Shown here: in pieces, positions 1 through 12,300 of the stretch
Layout of the letters: each line of letters starts with the position of its first letter
Numbering within the stretch: the first letter of the stretch is position 1
Source of the DNA: Callorhinchus milii
Lineage: Eukaryota
NCBI RefSeq assembly: GCF_018977255.1
Contig: NW_024704742.1
Location: forward strand, 91,948,001-92,012,000
Length of the DNA stretch: 64,000 nucleotides
Direction: 5' to 3'
Made by a program: the position numbers and the translations under genes
The notes under the pieces: generated by a model
Told to the model about the DNA's origin: nothing
Databases searched by the model: none
The model's input: only the letters and a program-made list of their open reading frames with translations

Positions 1-2642
1 AGAAGCTGGCAGAGCTTAATCTGAGAAAACAATTGTGGCACAGGATGTAACCAAGACAGCGAAGAAACACAGATGCAGAAAAATAGACTGTTTGACTTGT
101 ACAAAACTGGAGGATGCAGTCTAAAATGAACAAACTTCAAGAGAGACTAGAAGAAATGTTTTCTCCCATGGAATAATCAATATGTGAAATAAAACTGTTG
201 TCATACTAGTTTCACTCCTTTAAAAATCAGGGATAAATATCTGGTTGAAGCAATACAGGGCTAAATATGGACCAAGATGTCAAAATATATAACGGGACAA
301 GATTCTCTGTTGCTGGGGCTTAGGGAGGGAGGAAATGGTTTTAGGAGGATTGAGTAGTGAAGATGAATAATTACTTTGGACATTTTCTCCTCAATTCCCT
401 GTGCAGTTCCGGGAGGATTTTTTTTNAATAGATCTTCCTCTCAGGAGACTGAGTGATTGGCAAAGAACCCAAATAGGATAGGATACACCCAAATTGTAGT
501 AGATGGACAGATGGGCTGAATGGTCAGCGTTTGTTCCATATTTTCTTATCACCATTTGATAACATCAGAATTCCAAAGCAAACATATCACTTGTAGGGGC
601 TGACTAAAGATGGAGTAATAAACTCAAAGTGATGGAAGAGTTTTACGTCTATCCTATTTACAAACTGATGATTCATATTCCAGATATTCAATTTCAGTTA
701 CTGTCAAATTCAATTTGCCACACAAGCTTACTCCAAACCGCAGAAAATAAGCATATAAAAAATACCAATTTTGATTATTTCTTGTTCATTCTTTTAACTC
801 AGTGTCACAATACGAGTTGGGTGTTTAAAGCATGCAAGTATGTAGAATGAAAGCGTCTCTCATTTCCACATTTGGATCTCAGAACAGTTGCTCTGTGATT
901 ATGTGCAATAAAAAAATTTGTGGAAGCAATATTTGCATTTTTTTTAAAAATGTGAACCAGAAGACACAATGAATCCTGGAGTAGATTAAGCCATAACACT
1001 GCCAGTTTATACTGGCTTGTGCTCAAATCAGCACAGTATGATATCTACCAGAGGTAGATCTGGTTTAACCCTTTGGCACATTGCGGTTCCTATTAAACAC
1101 ATGTGCCTACCCAAACTTCAGAGTGAATATTGGAGTTGAAAAAGCAGTTGAGTAGGAAAACCATAAAAGACAAATGACAGCTGGAGTTCCATGACAAAAA
1201 AAACCTGAGGTACAGACGAAACGTGTTCAAGCAACCACCACTGTTCAGCAACCAACCCTGTTAACAACTACCCTGTAACAGAAAGACTGCCCGGTTCACA
1301 CACCAACGAATACTTAATCAGAAGTCACCCTTATATAAAGGTCACTCTCTGAGTGGTTGTTGAAGACAAGTATGACTGAAGTTCAGATCATTAAAAAAGT
1401 CTTTAAATGTACTGCTGTTCATGAGCCCAGATAAAGCTGTTGTTTTCCCTGACTGTGATCTCATCCCTTTGTTGAAAATGCTGTTATGCAGGAACCCCTC
1501 GCGCTTGTTGTCACAGAAAACTGAGCAGGAAGAAATTACAGTCATCAAATATCACGACCAACAGCAAGACCAGTCTGGCATCCTACACTCACATGATTTG
1601 CAAATTATTTCTAATGATTTGTTGTTACATATCTAAATGTAAATCTTTTGAGTAGAGCAGTTTGCATGTGCAAGTTGAAGTCTCTCCTATAAAATGTATA
1701 CTATTTACAATAGAGCATTGTGTATAGTCAAGCAGAAGCCTCTACTGTATCATTTGGCACACTATCTACAAGTGGATACACAAGAGGATAGAGCCAGAAT
1801 TAGGAATTTAAAAAGGTAAGCTCTTTTTTGTAAATTATAAAAGATACCTGGAATTTTACTTTAAACAGCACGCCAGGATATAGTTTGAGTCTGGGATCAA
1901 TTACTGAAGGCCTGAAGGAAACATTGTCCTTTATAACTTTGCTGTCTCCCTTTTGAAAGTTAGAACTAAATTTGATCATATCGCACAGAATTGCAAATCA
2001 ATGTTGTTCCCAAAGGAGAAAATTCGTCCAACCTTACACAAAAACACAGCTTGCCTCATAAAGAAACTGCCAACTTCTATGTAACTTTTCAGGATTCAGT
2101 AATCGTAGACAATTAAAATAAATGTTCCAAAATAAGATTACATTCAAAATTTTGTGCAAAAGTATTAGATTTCCCCAGTGGTTAAGTGGGTAAATGCACT
2201 GCATTGTGTGTAATGAATATAGTGTTCCAGCTAATCTCAGCTGGAGTAGAGTTGGAGCACAATTGGCCTCAACATCCCAGGGCTAGGAAAAAAAACTCAC
2301 CCAGGGATTGATGATCAACCTTGTGACCCATGTTGGAAAGTAGTCATTGATGTCAAGCAAAATCTTACACAAAGTACGGTACCTCTTAACAATGCAGCAC
2401 TCCACCGTAATGCATTGAAATGTCTATGAGTTCAGCTTTGATCCTGCTACATGCAATTTCTAAGAGCTCCAGACCTGTTTTTTTTTAATCTTTTTGACTC
2501 AATTCTTTGCCTTCCGGCATTATAAAAGCAGCTGTTTATAAAAAATAAAATACATTTGCCGGCCTGCAGAGCACCTCAAAAGCTGACAAATATTTACGTT
2601 TATGAATTTCTATTAAATTCAAATAAGCCTATATATGTATAC

Positions 2643-2872
2643 CTGATAGTTGAGGCAGATGGTGAAGTCGACGTTGAAGTTGAAGTTTCATCAGATTTTT
2701 CTGTTGGTTTCTCTGCTGTATTTAACTCATTGGAGGTGTTGGTTGGAACAGTTTCGGTAGTTGCAGTGGGGCTTGAGGCTGGGGGAACTGTGGGAGTAGT
2801 GGAGGCAGGCTGTGGTGTTGATGGAGTTGCTGGTTGAGTAGCTGCTGCTTGAACTGATGGACTAGATTTAGG
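2643..2872 (-). CDS. RAD23B: RAD23B coding exon 4 (Ser/Thr/Pro/Ala-rich linker); later exons not found in the window
   Basis: cttag|PKSSPSVQAAATQPATPSTPQPASTTPTVPP...AEKPTEKSDETSTSTSTSPSASTI-AG|gtatac. 230 nt and open, resembling the RAD23B linker (PK...EKPAEK). Confidence 0.9.
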
Positions 2873-2960
2873 CTAAGCAATAAAATACATTAAGTCAGAC
2901 TCGTACAATAATTAGCAAGAAGAAACCGTGGCCAGTGATATATTTTGGAAATCAACCCAC

Positions 2961-3040
2961 CTTTGTGATCATAACTACTACAAATTTTTCCTCATCTATT
3001 TTATACTCTATAATTGGCGTCTCATCGTCAAGGATCTTCC
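2961..3040 (-). CDS. RAD23B: RAD23B coding exon 3 (end of UBL domain)
   Basis: ttttag|(G)KILDDETPIIEYKIDEEKFVVVMITK|gtgggt. 80 nt, phase-compatible with exons 2 and 4. Confidence 0.95.
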
Positions 3041-3499
3041 CTAAAAGGAAAAGAAAAAGGATTGTTAAACTCCAGTTTTCAAGATCTTAACTATGTTTGC
3101 ATCATTTGTAACCACATACAACAATGCAAAAATCCTTGCCTTTGATATAACATTTATTAAGCTAATATGTTTCAAAGTGGATCCTTGTCATAATGTGGTG
3201 TTTCGGATCCATAAAATCCCAACCTATATATGGCAAGGCACCATCGCTGGTTTGACTGTGCATATGCAAAACTAGCCTGCTCACATCTGGTGCTAAAAGA
3301 AAAGATGGCACATTTCTGGGGTTTTCGAATCACGTAATGGAAATTTTAGTGTCCACCTGAACCAGCAGATGATTCCTCAATTTACCCTATTGTCTCCCCG
3401 TATCACATTTGAAGTGTCAGTCTAGATTATGAACCCATTTGTCTTATTATCTAAAATTATTTCCTCAAAATGCAATTTCTCTCAGCAATATACAGTAAA

Positions 3500-3885
3500 G
3501 TCAGCCTGGTGTCTGATACATGCGGAAACCCATCACCATGCTTAAGAGTATCCAAACAAAACTGAGATTTCTGTGCATCCCACCTGCACATGGAAATCCT
3601 AGAGATAGATGTTTGAATGGAATGCATACTCTCTCACTAGAGGGATGCATCCTGCTTACATAATCCAGAAAATATTTGATGCAGGTTGGCAAGAGCCAAG
3701 GTTTAGGGACCCCAGAGTATGCGTTGGGGTATTTCTGGAGTCTAACCAGCTAGAACCACATAGCTTGCCATTGATATTGCTGTCTGGCAAGCTTTCCCAC
3801 CACCTGCAAGGACCACCCTACCCATTAGGGCTTTGGCTTACAGGGTTAACAGGAGGTGAGTCGGATGACTCCTTGCCCCCAGTGA
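3500..3885 (-). repeat. Unclassified interspersed repeat (other copies at ~21705-22040, ~38100-38340 plus 39682-39915, and ~58420-58630)
   Basis: Shared blocks GGAAACCCATCACCATGCTTAAGAGTATCCAAAC, GGGACCCCAGAGT and CAGCTCCTGTTAACC. Strand is given relative to the 38-39 kb copy. Confidence 0.8.
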
Positions 3886-4267
3886 TTGTTATAAACACAA
3901 AAACATGTAGAAATGTAAAGTAACAAGAAGGAATGTTGCAATACTGTACTAGTTAATTTTACATGACAATATTGGCACAAATATTTTGTTTGAATGTACT
4001 GAGAGCTTTAAAGGCACATAAACCCTCATACCTTTTCTCACCAATATAACAATTAAAAAATAATCCTTGAATTTGATATAGCACCTTATCACGTCTTCGA
4101 ATGTCTCAAATGCTTCACAGAATAAAGTGAATTGACTGTATATTTTGTGGGCGAAATGCGGCAGCCAATTGTGCACACTAGTGTCCCACAAACAGAAGAA
4201 AGTTAGAAGAAATTGGTCACTTCAATCCACGACTAACAAATCTAACTTATAGTTGTTCCTAGTGATT

Positions 4268-4625
4268 CCCCTGTAGTATCAATGCCACTTGTCCCACAAG
4301 CAAGAGGACGTGGGTTTGATCCTAACAGGGCAAAACATTGGGCAAGTTTCCTTACTCCACATGCCTCTTTACCTAGCAGTAAGTAGGAACCCAGTGGTTA
4401 GTCGATTGGCAGAGCGCTTTTCCGGGAGTAATAATCACTTCACAAAAAAAAAATTTGGCACTCAATCCACGACTGTTTATGGGACACTCCTGTGTGCAAT
4501 TGGTGGCCGTGTATTGATCCAAAATATACGGTCAATTCACTTTACAGTAATATTCTGTGAATCGCTTTGAGATATCTTGAAGACATGATAAGGTGCTAAA
4601 TCAAATACAAGGATTATTATTATTG
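4268..4625 (+). mobile_element. tRNA-derived SINE, long subfamily (opposed partial copy at ~4059-4232)
   Basis: Same head, core and tail as the 17688, 33330 and 61312 copies. Confidence 0.85.
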
Positions 4626-5586
4626 ATTTAGTGTGAAAGCTATCCGGCTAGCTACCACACACGTACAGTGAATAGGATCCAACTGCAGGTGAAGCACCTC
4701 ACCCTCAACCTTACCAGCTCATCCAAGATCAAACAATTTGAGAAACTGCAGGCAAAAAACACAACCTATTTAGTATAATACAAAATTACATTTGTAAAGC
4801 ACCTCTCACATCAGGAGGATGTCCCAAGGCACTGAACAGTCAGGAATTAGGACCCGAGCCAGAGGGCGCGGAATCAGGGAGGGTGGAGGGTGTAGTAAGT
4901 CAATTTGCAGCAACACTGATTTTCAAAACCAACCGTGGTGTTGGAATTTGAACTGAATTGAAAATTACCAGTTACCTTGATAGTAACACAAATGTATTCT
5001 GGGGCATGTCAGCTTTCTGTAATTGATTTTCCGACTAGGAAAATTGTCTATTGGGCCAATATTGGGACTTTTGGCATATACAAACTGTTTATCTAAAAAC
5101 CTCAGAAAAAAGTTTGGAATCAGCTATTAGTAAAACCTTACCAAAGTCAGAGTCTGCATGCTGCCAAACAAACATAGCGGATTGTGGGATATGCAGTTTG
5201 TATGCAGATAAAGGTATGAGATAGGATATTGATACAAATTGATTGTTATTTGTGTGGTTGAACAGATAAAACCTGTTAATATTGAGCCTAAGCAAAAATA
5301 ATTATTTAAAAATTAGTTTAAGTGTGGTCAAGTAGTTAAAACCTATTAATATTGAGCCTGTGTAATAGTAATTACTTAAAAATGAGTTTAAGAAAGTAGA
5401 CAGTAAAACTCGCATAAGTCATACATCTGCCCAAGTCCTCTTCAAGAGTTTATAAACTATGGAAGTTTTACATGTGTGAGTCATATTAAATGTTATGGTC
5501 CCAAATGATACGACGTATGTGAGGTTTACCGTAGAAGCACTCAACAATGTTGTGATTGATTGGCCATTAACACTAGAATTTAATAC

Positions 5587-5668
5587 CTGCATATATCAAT
5601 TTTTGGCCAGCCACTGGGAATGCATCTTTTCCCTTTTCAGTTTCGATCTTCTCCTTCAACGCTTTCAC
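5587..5668 (-). CDS. RAD23B: RAD23B coding exon 2 (UBL domain)
   Basis: tttag|[28 protein letters not shown]|gtatta. 82 nt, nearly identical to vertebrate RAD23. Confidence 0.96.
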
Positions 5669-6332
5669 CTAAACAAAATGATACACACTTAACTCTAGAT
5701 TTACAAGGTGAGAGCAATTTTCACCTTTCTTTTATTCTAGTACTCAAAAATAAGCACTCAAATTTAGATTTTGAATAGAAAAATCAATGGTTATATATTC
5801 TAATTCATAATATTCATAAATGAGATAACAGCACCTGAAATTGTAAATCTATAACAAAAATCATCTTAAATTAAAGACTTTCTATAACCTGCCTGGCATC
5901 AACTAAAAGTTCTCATTCTTCGTAGTATTATAAAACAAGGAATGGTCAGGACTTTAATCTTATACTGCATTAGAGTCAAACATTGGTATGATAAAACTAA
6001 TGTATCAATAGTTGATCACATCGATAGAATTAGAAAACAAACTATGAATGACAATTAGTAAAACTAGTTATGTAGTTATGTAAATATGGAGAAGGAGGCG
6101 ACTGACATCTTAACTGTGTTTTTTGGAGGGGAAAGAGAAGGAAAAGATGCATACATCAAGGAAATGGGCATCTCAGTGCTGACAATATGAAGACTGGAAC
6201 ACTTTCCTTTTAATACAGTTGGAAGTAGTAGGTAAACAGGTTCCCTCATCCAGATATTGGGACGTCGATTAGTATGCTGAAAGTAAAGTACACCTGCAGC
6301 TGAGCTCTCATTTACACTTTGTTGTGCATTTT

Positions 6333-8765
6333 ACAGAATCATAGAATTATACAACACAGAAAGAGGCCATTCAGCCCATCGTGTCTGTGCCGGCTCTTTG
6401 AAAAGAGCTATCCAAATCAATCCCATTCCCCGCTTTCTTCCCATAGCCCTGCAAACTTGTCCTCCTCAAATAATTATCTACTTCTCTCTTAAAAGTTGTT
6501 ATCGAATTGGCTTCCACCACCCTTTCAGGCAATGCATTCCAGATCCGAACAACTCGCTGTGTGAAAAAATTTCTCCTCACCTCCCCTCTGTTTCTTTTAA
6601 CAACTATTTTAAATCAGTGCCCTCAGGTTACCGACCCACCCACCAGTGGAAACAGTTTCTCCTTGTTCACCCTATCGAATCCCCTCATAATTTTGAAAAC
6701 TTCTATTAAGTCTCATCTTCACCTTCTTTGCCCCAAGGAGAATAATCCTAGTGTCTCCAGCCTCTCCTGATAGCTGAAGTCCCTCATTCCTGGTACCATC
6801 CTGGTAAATCTCCTTTGCACCCTTTCCAATGCCTTGACATTCCTAAAGTGTGGGGCCCACAACTGAACACAGTACTTTAGCTGACCCCGAACCAATGTTT
6901 TATAAAGGTTCATCATAACTTCCTGACTTTTGTATTCTATGCCCCTATTTATAAAGCCTAGTATCCCGTATGCTTTTTTAACAGCTTTATCTACCGTCCT
7001 GCCACCTTCAAAGATTTACTTACATGAACCCCCGGGTCTCTCCGTTCCTTCACCTCCTTTAAGATTCCATCATCCAGCTTATATTGCCTCTCCTCATTCT
7101 TTCTCCCAAAATATTAATAATAATCCTTGCATTTGATATAGCGCTTTTCACGTCGGGAGGACGTCCCAAAGCGCTTCACTGTAAAGTGAATTGACTGTAT
7201 ATTTGTGGGCGAACGCGGCAGCCAATTGCGCACAGCAATGTCCCACGGTCATGGATTGAAAATGACCAATTTATTATTGGTTTTTTTTTAGCGCTATTAT
7301 ACTTCACTTTGGATTTCTCCACATTAAACTTCATCTGCCACATGTCTGCCCATTTTACCAGTTTGTCTATGTCTGTTTGCAGTCTGCTACTATCCTCCTC
7401 ACTGTTTATATTTTTCCTAGCTTAGTATCATCTGCCAACTTGGAAATTGTACTCCTGATACCCAAGTCCAGGTCATTTATATAGATCAAAAACAGCAGTG
7501 GTCCCAATACTGATCCTTGGGGGACACCACTGCACAGGTTCACCACTACTCTCTGCTTTCTGTCTTCCAGCCAGTTCTGTATCCATGCTGCCACTGTCCC
7601 TTTAATACCGTCGGCTTCTATTTTGCTTACAATTATCTTATGTGGCACTTTATCAAACACCTTTTGAAAATCCATATAAATTACATCAACTGCACTACCT
7701 TCATCCACCCTCTCCGTTACTTCATCAAAAACTATCAGGTTTGTTAGACACGATTTGCCTTTAACAAATCCATGTTGGCTGTACCAATTTTTCTAAGTGA
7801 AAATTTATTTTGTCCCAGATTATAGTCTCTAGAAGTTTCCCCATTACTGACGTTAGGCTGACTGGCCTGTAGTTCCAAGGTTTATCCTTCTGTCCCTTTT
7901 TGTACAGGAACATAACATTTGTAACCCTCCAGTCCTCTGGCACCACCCCAGTGTCCAAGGAGGATTGAAAGATTGTGGCCAACATCTCCGTTATTTCCAC
8001 CCTTACTTCCCTCAGTAACCTAGGACCTATCCCGTCCGGACTGGGTGACTTATCTACCTTGAGCACCGTCAATCTTTTTAGTACCTCCACTTGGTTTATT
8101 CTTATCATCCAATTTCTCTACCCTCTCCTCCGATACTGTAGCATTGGCTGCATCCTCATCTTTTGTGAAGACAGATGCAAAGTACTCATTCAGTACATCA
8201 GCCATGCCCTCTGCCTCCACAAGATGATTTCCTTTTTGGTCCCCAATTGGACACACCCTACCTTTGAGCAACCTTTCATTCTTTATATGCTTAATATGCT
8301 AAAATACCTTAGGGTTCCTTTTTATGTTACCCGCTAATCTTTTCTCGTACAATCGCCTTGCCCCTCTTGTTTCCTTTTTCAGTTCTCCTCTGTATTTTCT
8401 GTATTCTATTTGATTATCTTCTGTATTTTGGGACTGACATTTATCACAAGCCTCCTTTTTCTGTTTTAATCCCAATTTCCTTAGTCATCCAGGGAGGTTT
8501 AGATGCCCTAACTTTCCCTTTTGTGGGAATGTATTTGTTCTGTCCCTGAATTATCTCATTCTTGAAGGCTTCCCACTGTTTGTTAGCTGTTTACCTGCCA
8601 ATCTGTCTTTCCAGTCCACCTTGGCTAGGTCCCTTTTTAACTCACTGAAATTAGCCCTCTTCCAGTTGAGTATCTTCACCTTCGATTGCTCCTTAGCCCT
8701 TTCCATAAGTATTCTAAACCTGATGATGTTGTGATCACAGTTGTCCTGATGCTCTCCTGGACCCA
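6333..8765 (-). mobile_element. CR1 LINE, 5'-truncated and decayed, in RAD23B intron 1
   Basis: Frameshifted ORF2 pieces: [70 protein letters not shown]. Ends in a CR1 3' hairpin and ATTCTATG-type tail. Confidence 0.93.
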
Positions 8766-8952
8766 TTTAGTGCATCCACTTAGCTACCTGTCTCTGCTAT
8801 CTCACTGCCTCCACCCACACCTCCTTACACACCTTTGACTTTATCTTTCAGACATTCTGCCCCATTCCGTGTTTCGCGTCTATGTACACACAGGGTATTA
8901 TCTTCAGCACACGGCTACATGTTTACAGGGGCTGTGTGTGTGTTGCACTCAC

Positions 8953-9018
8953 CGGGAGCTCGGGCTCAATCTGGATGTGGAAGGATTGCTGTTGCAGAGT
9001 CTTCACTGTGATCCTCAT
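8953..9018 (-). CDS. RAD23B: RAD23 homolog B, coding exon 1 (start of ubiquitin-like domain)
   Basis: The minus strand reads GGCGAC-ATG then MRITVKTLQQQSFHIQIEPELP, followed by donor GTGAGT. The 66-nt, phase-0 exon matches the RAD23 N-terminus (MQVTLKTLQQQTFKIDIDPEET). Paralog B is assigned from adjacency to ZNF462. Confidence 0.9.
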
Positions 9019-9344
9019 GTCGCCTCCGCTCCCGGCCTCTCACTTGGGTCACTGAGGCATCCGCTGGTTATTCACTATAAACAGTCAGCAATGGTTAATG
9101 AGTTATAACTGATTAGTTAGTCACTTACACCAGGCTTACGCTGACCAATGAGTTATTGCTGGTTAGACACTTAGAGCGAGTCACCAAGTGAAAACAGCAC
9201 TAATAGCAGTCAGTAAGTTTAGTTGTTTAATGTAACAATAATACTTGCATTTGATATAGCGCTTTTCACCTTTTCTAGACGTCTCAAAGCGCTTCACAGG
9301 ACATACCGTACAGCGAATTAACTGTATAACTGTTGAAAGCCGAT

Positions 9345-12300
9345 TAACGCTGGTTACCATGTGAGCGCTCTGGTACCCGGGTGAGTTACTGGGTGAGTGC
9401 TGGTTAGTGCTGGTTACTAGGTGAGCAATGATTACCAAGTGAGAGCAACTGGGTATGAGCCTTCAGCAGCGACCATTGTCTGGATGAGGGTTAGTTACTG
9501 GGTAACACTCGTTGCTGGCTGAGTGCTGGTTGCCTGGTGAGTTCTAGTAATCGGTTGAGTGCTGGTTACCTGGTGAGCCCTGGTGACTGGTTGAGCGCTG
9601 GTTACCTGGTGAGACCTAGTGACTGGCTGAGTGCTGGTTACCTGGTGAGTCTGGTGACTGGTTGAGCGCTGGTTACCTGGTGAGCCCTGGTGACTGGTTG
9701 AGCGCTGGTTACCTGGTGAGACCTAGTGACTGGCTGAGTGCTGGTTACCTGGTGAGTTCTAGTAATCGGTTGAGCGCTGGTTACCTGGTGAGCCCTGGTG
9801 ACTGGTTGAGCGCTGGTTACCTGGTGAGCCCTGGTGACTGGTTGAGCGCTGGTTACCTGGTGAGCCCTAGTGACTGTTTGAGCGCTGGTTACCTGGTGAG
9901 CCCTAGTGACTGGTTGAGCGCTGGTTACCTGGTGAGCCCTGGTGACTGGTTGAGCGCTGGTTACCTGGTGAGTCCTAGTGACCGATTGAGCGCTGGTTAG
10001 CTGGTGAGCCCTAGTGACCAGTTGAGCGCTGGTTACCTGGTGAACTCTGTTGACTGGTTGAGCGCTGGTTACCTGGTGAGTTCTAGTAATCGGTTGAGCG
10101 CTGGTTACCTGGTGAGCCCTGGTGACTGGTTGAGCGCTAGTTACCTGGTGAGCCCAAGTGACCGGCTGAGCGCTGATTACCTGGTGAGCTCTGGTGACTG
10201 GTTGAGCGCTGGTTACCTGGTGAGCCCGAGTGACCGGTTGAGCGCTGGTTACCTGGTGAGCCCTAGTGACTGAATGAGCGCTGGTTACCTGGTGAGCCCT
10301 AGTGACTGGTTGAGCGCTGGTTACCTGGTGAGCCCTAGTGACTGGTTGAGCCCCGGTTACCTGGTGAGCCCGAGTGACTGGTTGAGCGCTGGTTACCTGG
10401 TGAGCCCAAGTGACCGGTTGAGCGCTGGTTACCTGGTGAGCCCTGGTGACTGATTGAGCGCTAGTTACCTGGTGAGCCGAAGTGACCGGCTGAGCGCTGG
10501 TTACCTGGTGAGCTCTGGTGACTGGTTGAGCGCTGGTTACCTGGTGAGCCCTAGTGACTGGTTGAGCGCTGGTTACCTGGTGAACCCTAGTGACAGGTTG
10601 AGAGCTGGCTACATGGTGACCCCTAGTGACTGGTTGAGCGCTGGTTACCTGGTGAGCCCTAGTGACTTTTTGAGCGCTGGTTACCTGGTGAGCCCTAGTG
10701 ACCGGTTGAGCGCTGGTTACCTGGTGAGCCCTAGTGACCGGCTGAGCGCTGGATACCTGGTGATCCCTAGTGACCAGTTGAGCGCTGGTTACCTGGTGAG
10801 CCCTGGTGACCGGTTGAGCACTGGTTACCTGGTGTGCCCTAGTGACCGGTTGAGCGCTGGTTACCTGGTGAGCCCCAGTGACTGGTTGAGTGCTGGTTAC
10901 CTGGTGAGCCCTAGTGACTGGTTGAGCGCTGGTTACCTGGTGAGCCCTAGTGACTGGTTGGGCGCTGGTTACCTGGTGAGCCCTAGTGACTGATTGAGCG
11001 CTGGTTACCTGGTGAGCCCTAGTGACTGGTTGAGCGCTGGTTACCTGGTGAGCCCTAGTGACTGGTTGAGCGCTGGTTACCTGGTGAGCCCTAGTGACTG
11101 GTTGAGCGCTGGTTACCTGGTGAGCCCTAGTGACTGGTTCAGCGCTGGTGACTGGTTGAGCACTGGTTACCTGGTGAGCCCCAGTGACTGGTTGAGCGCT
11201 GTTTACCTGGTGAGCCCCAGTGACTGGCTGAGCGCTGGTTACCTGGTGAGCCCCAGTGACTGGTTGAGCGCCGGTGACTGGTTGAGCGCTGGTTACCTGG
11301 TGAGCCCCAGTGACTGGTTGAGCGCTGGTTACCTGGTGAGCCCCAGTGACTGGTTGAGCGCCGGTGACTGGTTGAGCGCTGGTTACCTGGTGAGCCCCAG
11401 TGACTGGCTGAGCGCTGGTTACCTGGTGAGCCCCAGTGACTGGTTGAGCGCCGGTGACTGGTTGAGCGCTGCTTACCTGGTGAGCCCCAGTGACTGGTTG
11501 AGCGCTGGTTACCTGGTGAGCGCTGGTGACTGGTTGAGTGCTGATTACCTGGTGAGCGCCGGTGACTGGTTGAGCGCTGGTTACCTGGTGAGCCCCAGTG
11601 ACTGGTTGAGCGCTGGTTACCTGGTGAGCCCGAGTGACTGATTGAGCGCTGGTTACCTGGTGAGCCCAAGTGACTGGTTGAGCGCTGGTTACCTGGTGAG
11701 CCCTAGTGACTGGTTGAGCGCTGGTTACCCTGTGAGCCCTAGTGACTGATTGAGCGCTGGTTACCTGGTGAGCCCCAGTGACTGGTTGAGCGCTGGTTAC
11801 CTGGTGAGCCCCAGTGACTGATTGAGCGCTGGTTACCTGGTGAGCCCCAGTGACTGGTTGAGCGCTGGTTACCTGGTGAGCCCTAGTGACTGATGAGCGC
11901 TGGTTACCTGGTGAGCCCTAGTGACTGGTTGAGCGCTGGTTACCTGGTGAGCCCTAGTGACCGGTTGAGCGCTGGTTACCTGGTGAGCCCCAGTGACTGG
12001 TTGAGCGCTGGTTACCTGGTGAGCCCTAGTGACCGGTTGAGCGCTGGTTACCTGGTGAGCCTCAGTGACTGGTTGAGCGCTGGTTACCTGGTGAGCCCTA
12101 GTGACTGGTTGAGCGCTGGTTACCTGGTGAGCCCAGTGACTGATTGAGCGCTGGTTACCTGGTGAGCGCTGGTGACTGGTTGAGCGCTGGTTACCTGGTG
12201 AGCGCTGGTGACTGGTTGAGCGCTGGTTACCTGGTGAGCCCTAGTGACTGGTTGAGCGCTGGTTACCTGGTGAGCCCCAGTGACTGGTTGAGCGCTGGTT

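Noticed and set aside
1..2640. RAD23B exon 5 (…ATSALV) within the window
   Set aside because: I found no matching minus-strand segment with splice sites by eye. It probably lies beyond the left edge.
2556..2837. Plus-strand 93-aa Val/Gly-rich ORF
   Set aside because: It is the antisense shadow of RAD23B exon 4.
9019..9520. Repeat peptide as an unspliced N-terminal extension of RAD23B
   Set aside because: In-frame TGA codons lie at 9040-9042 and 9049-9051, and a SINE tail intervenes at 9237-9325.
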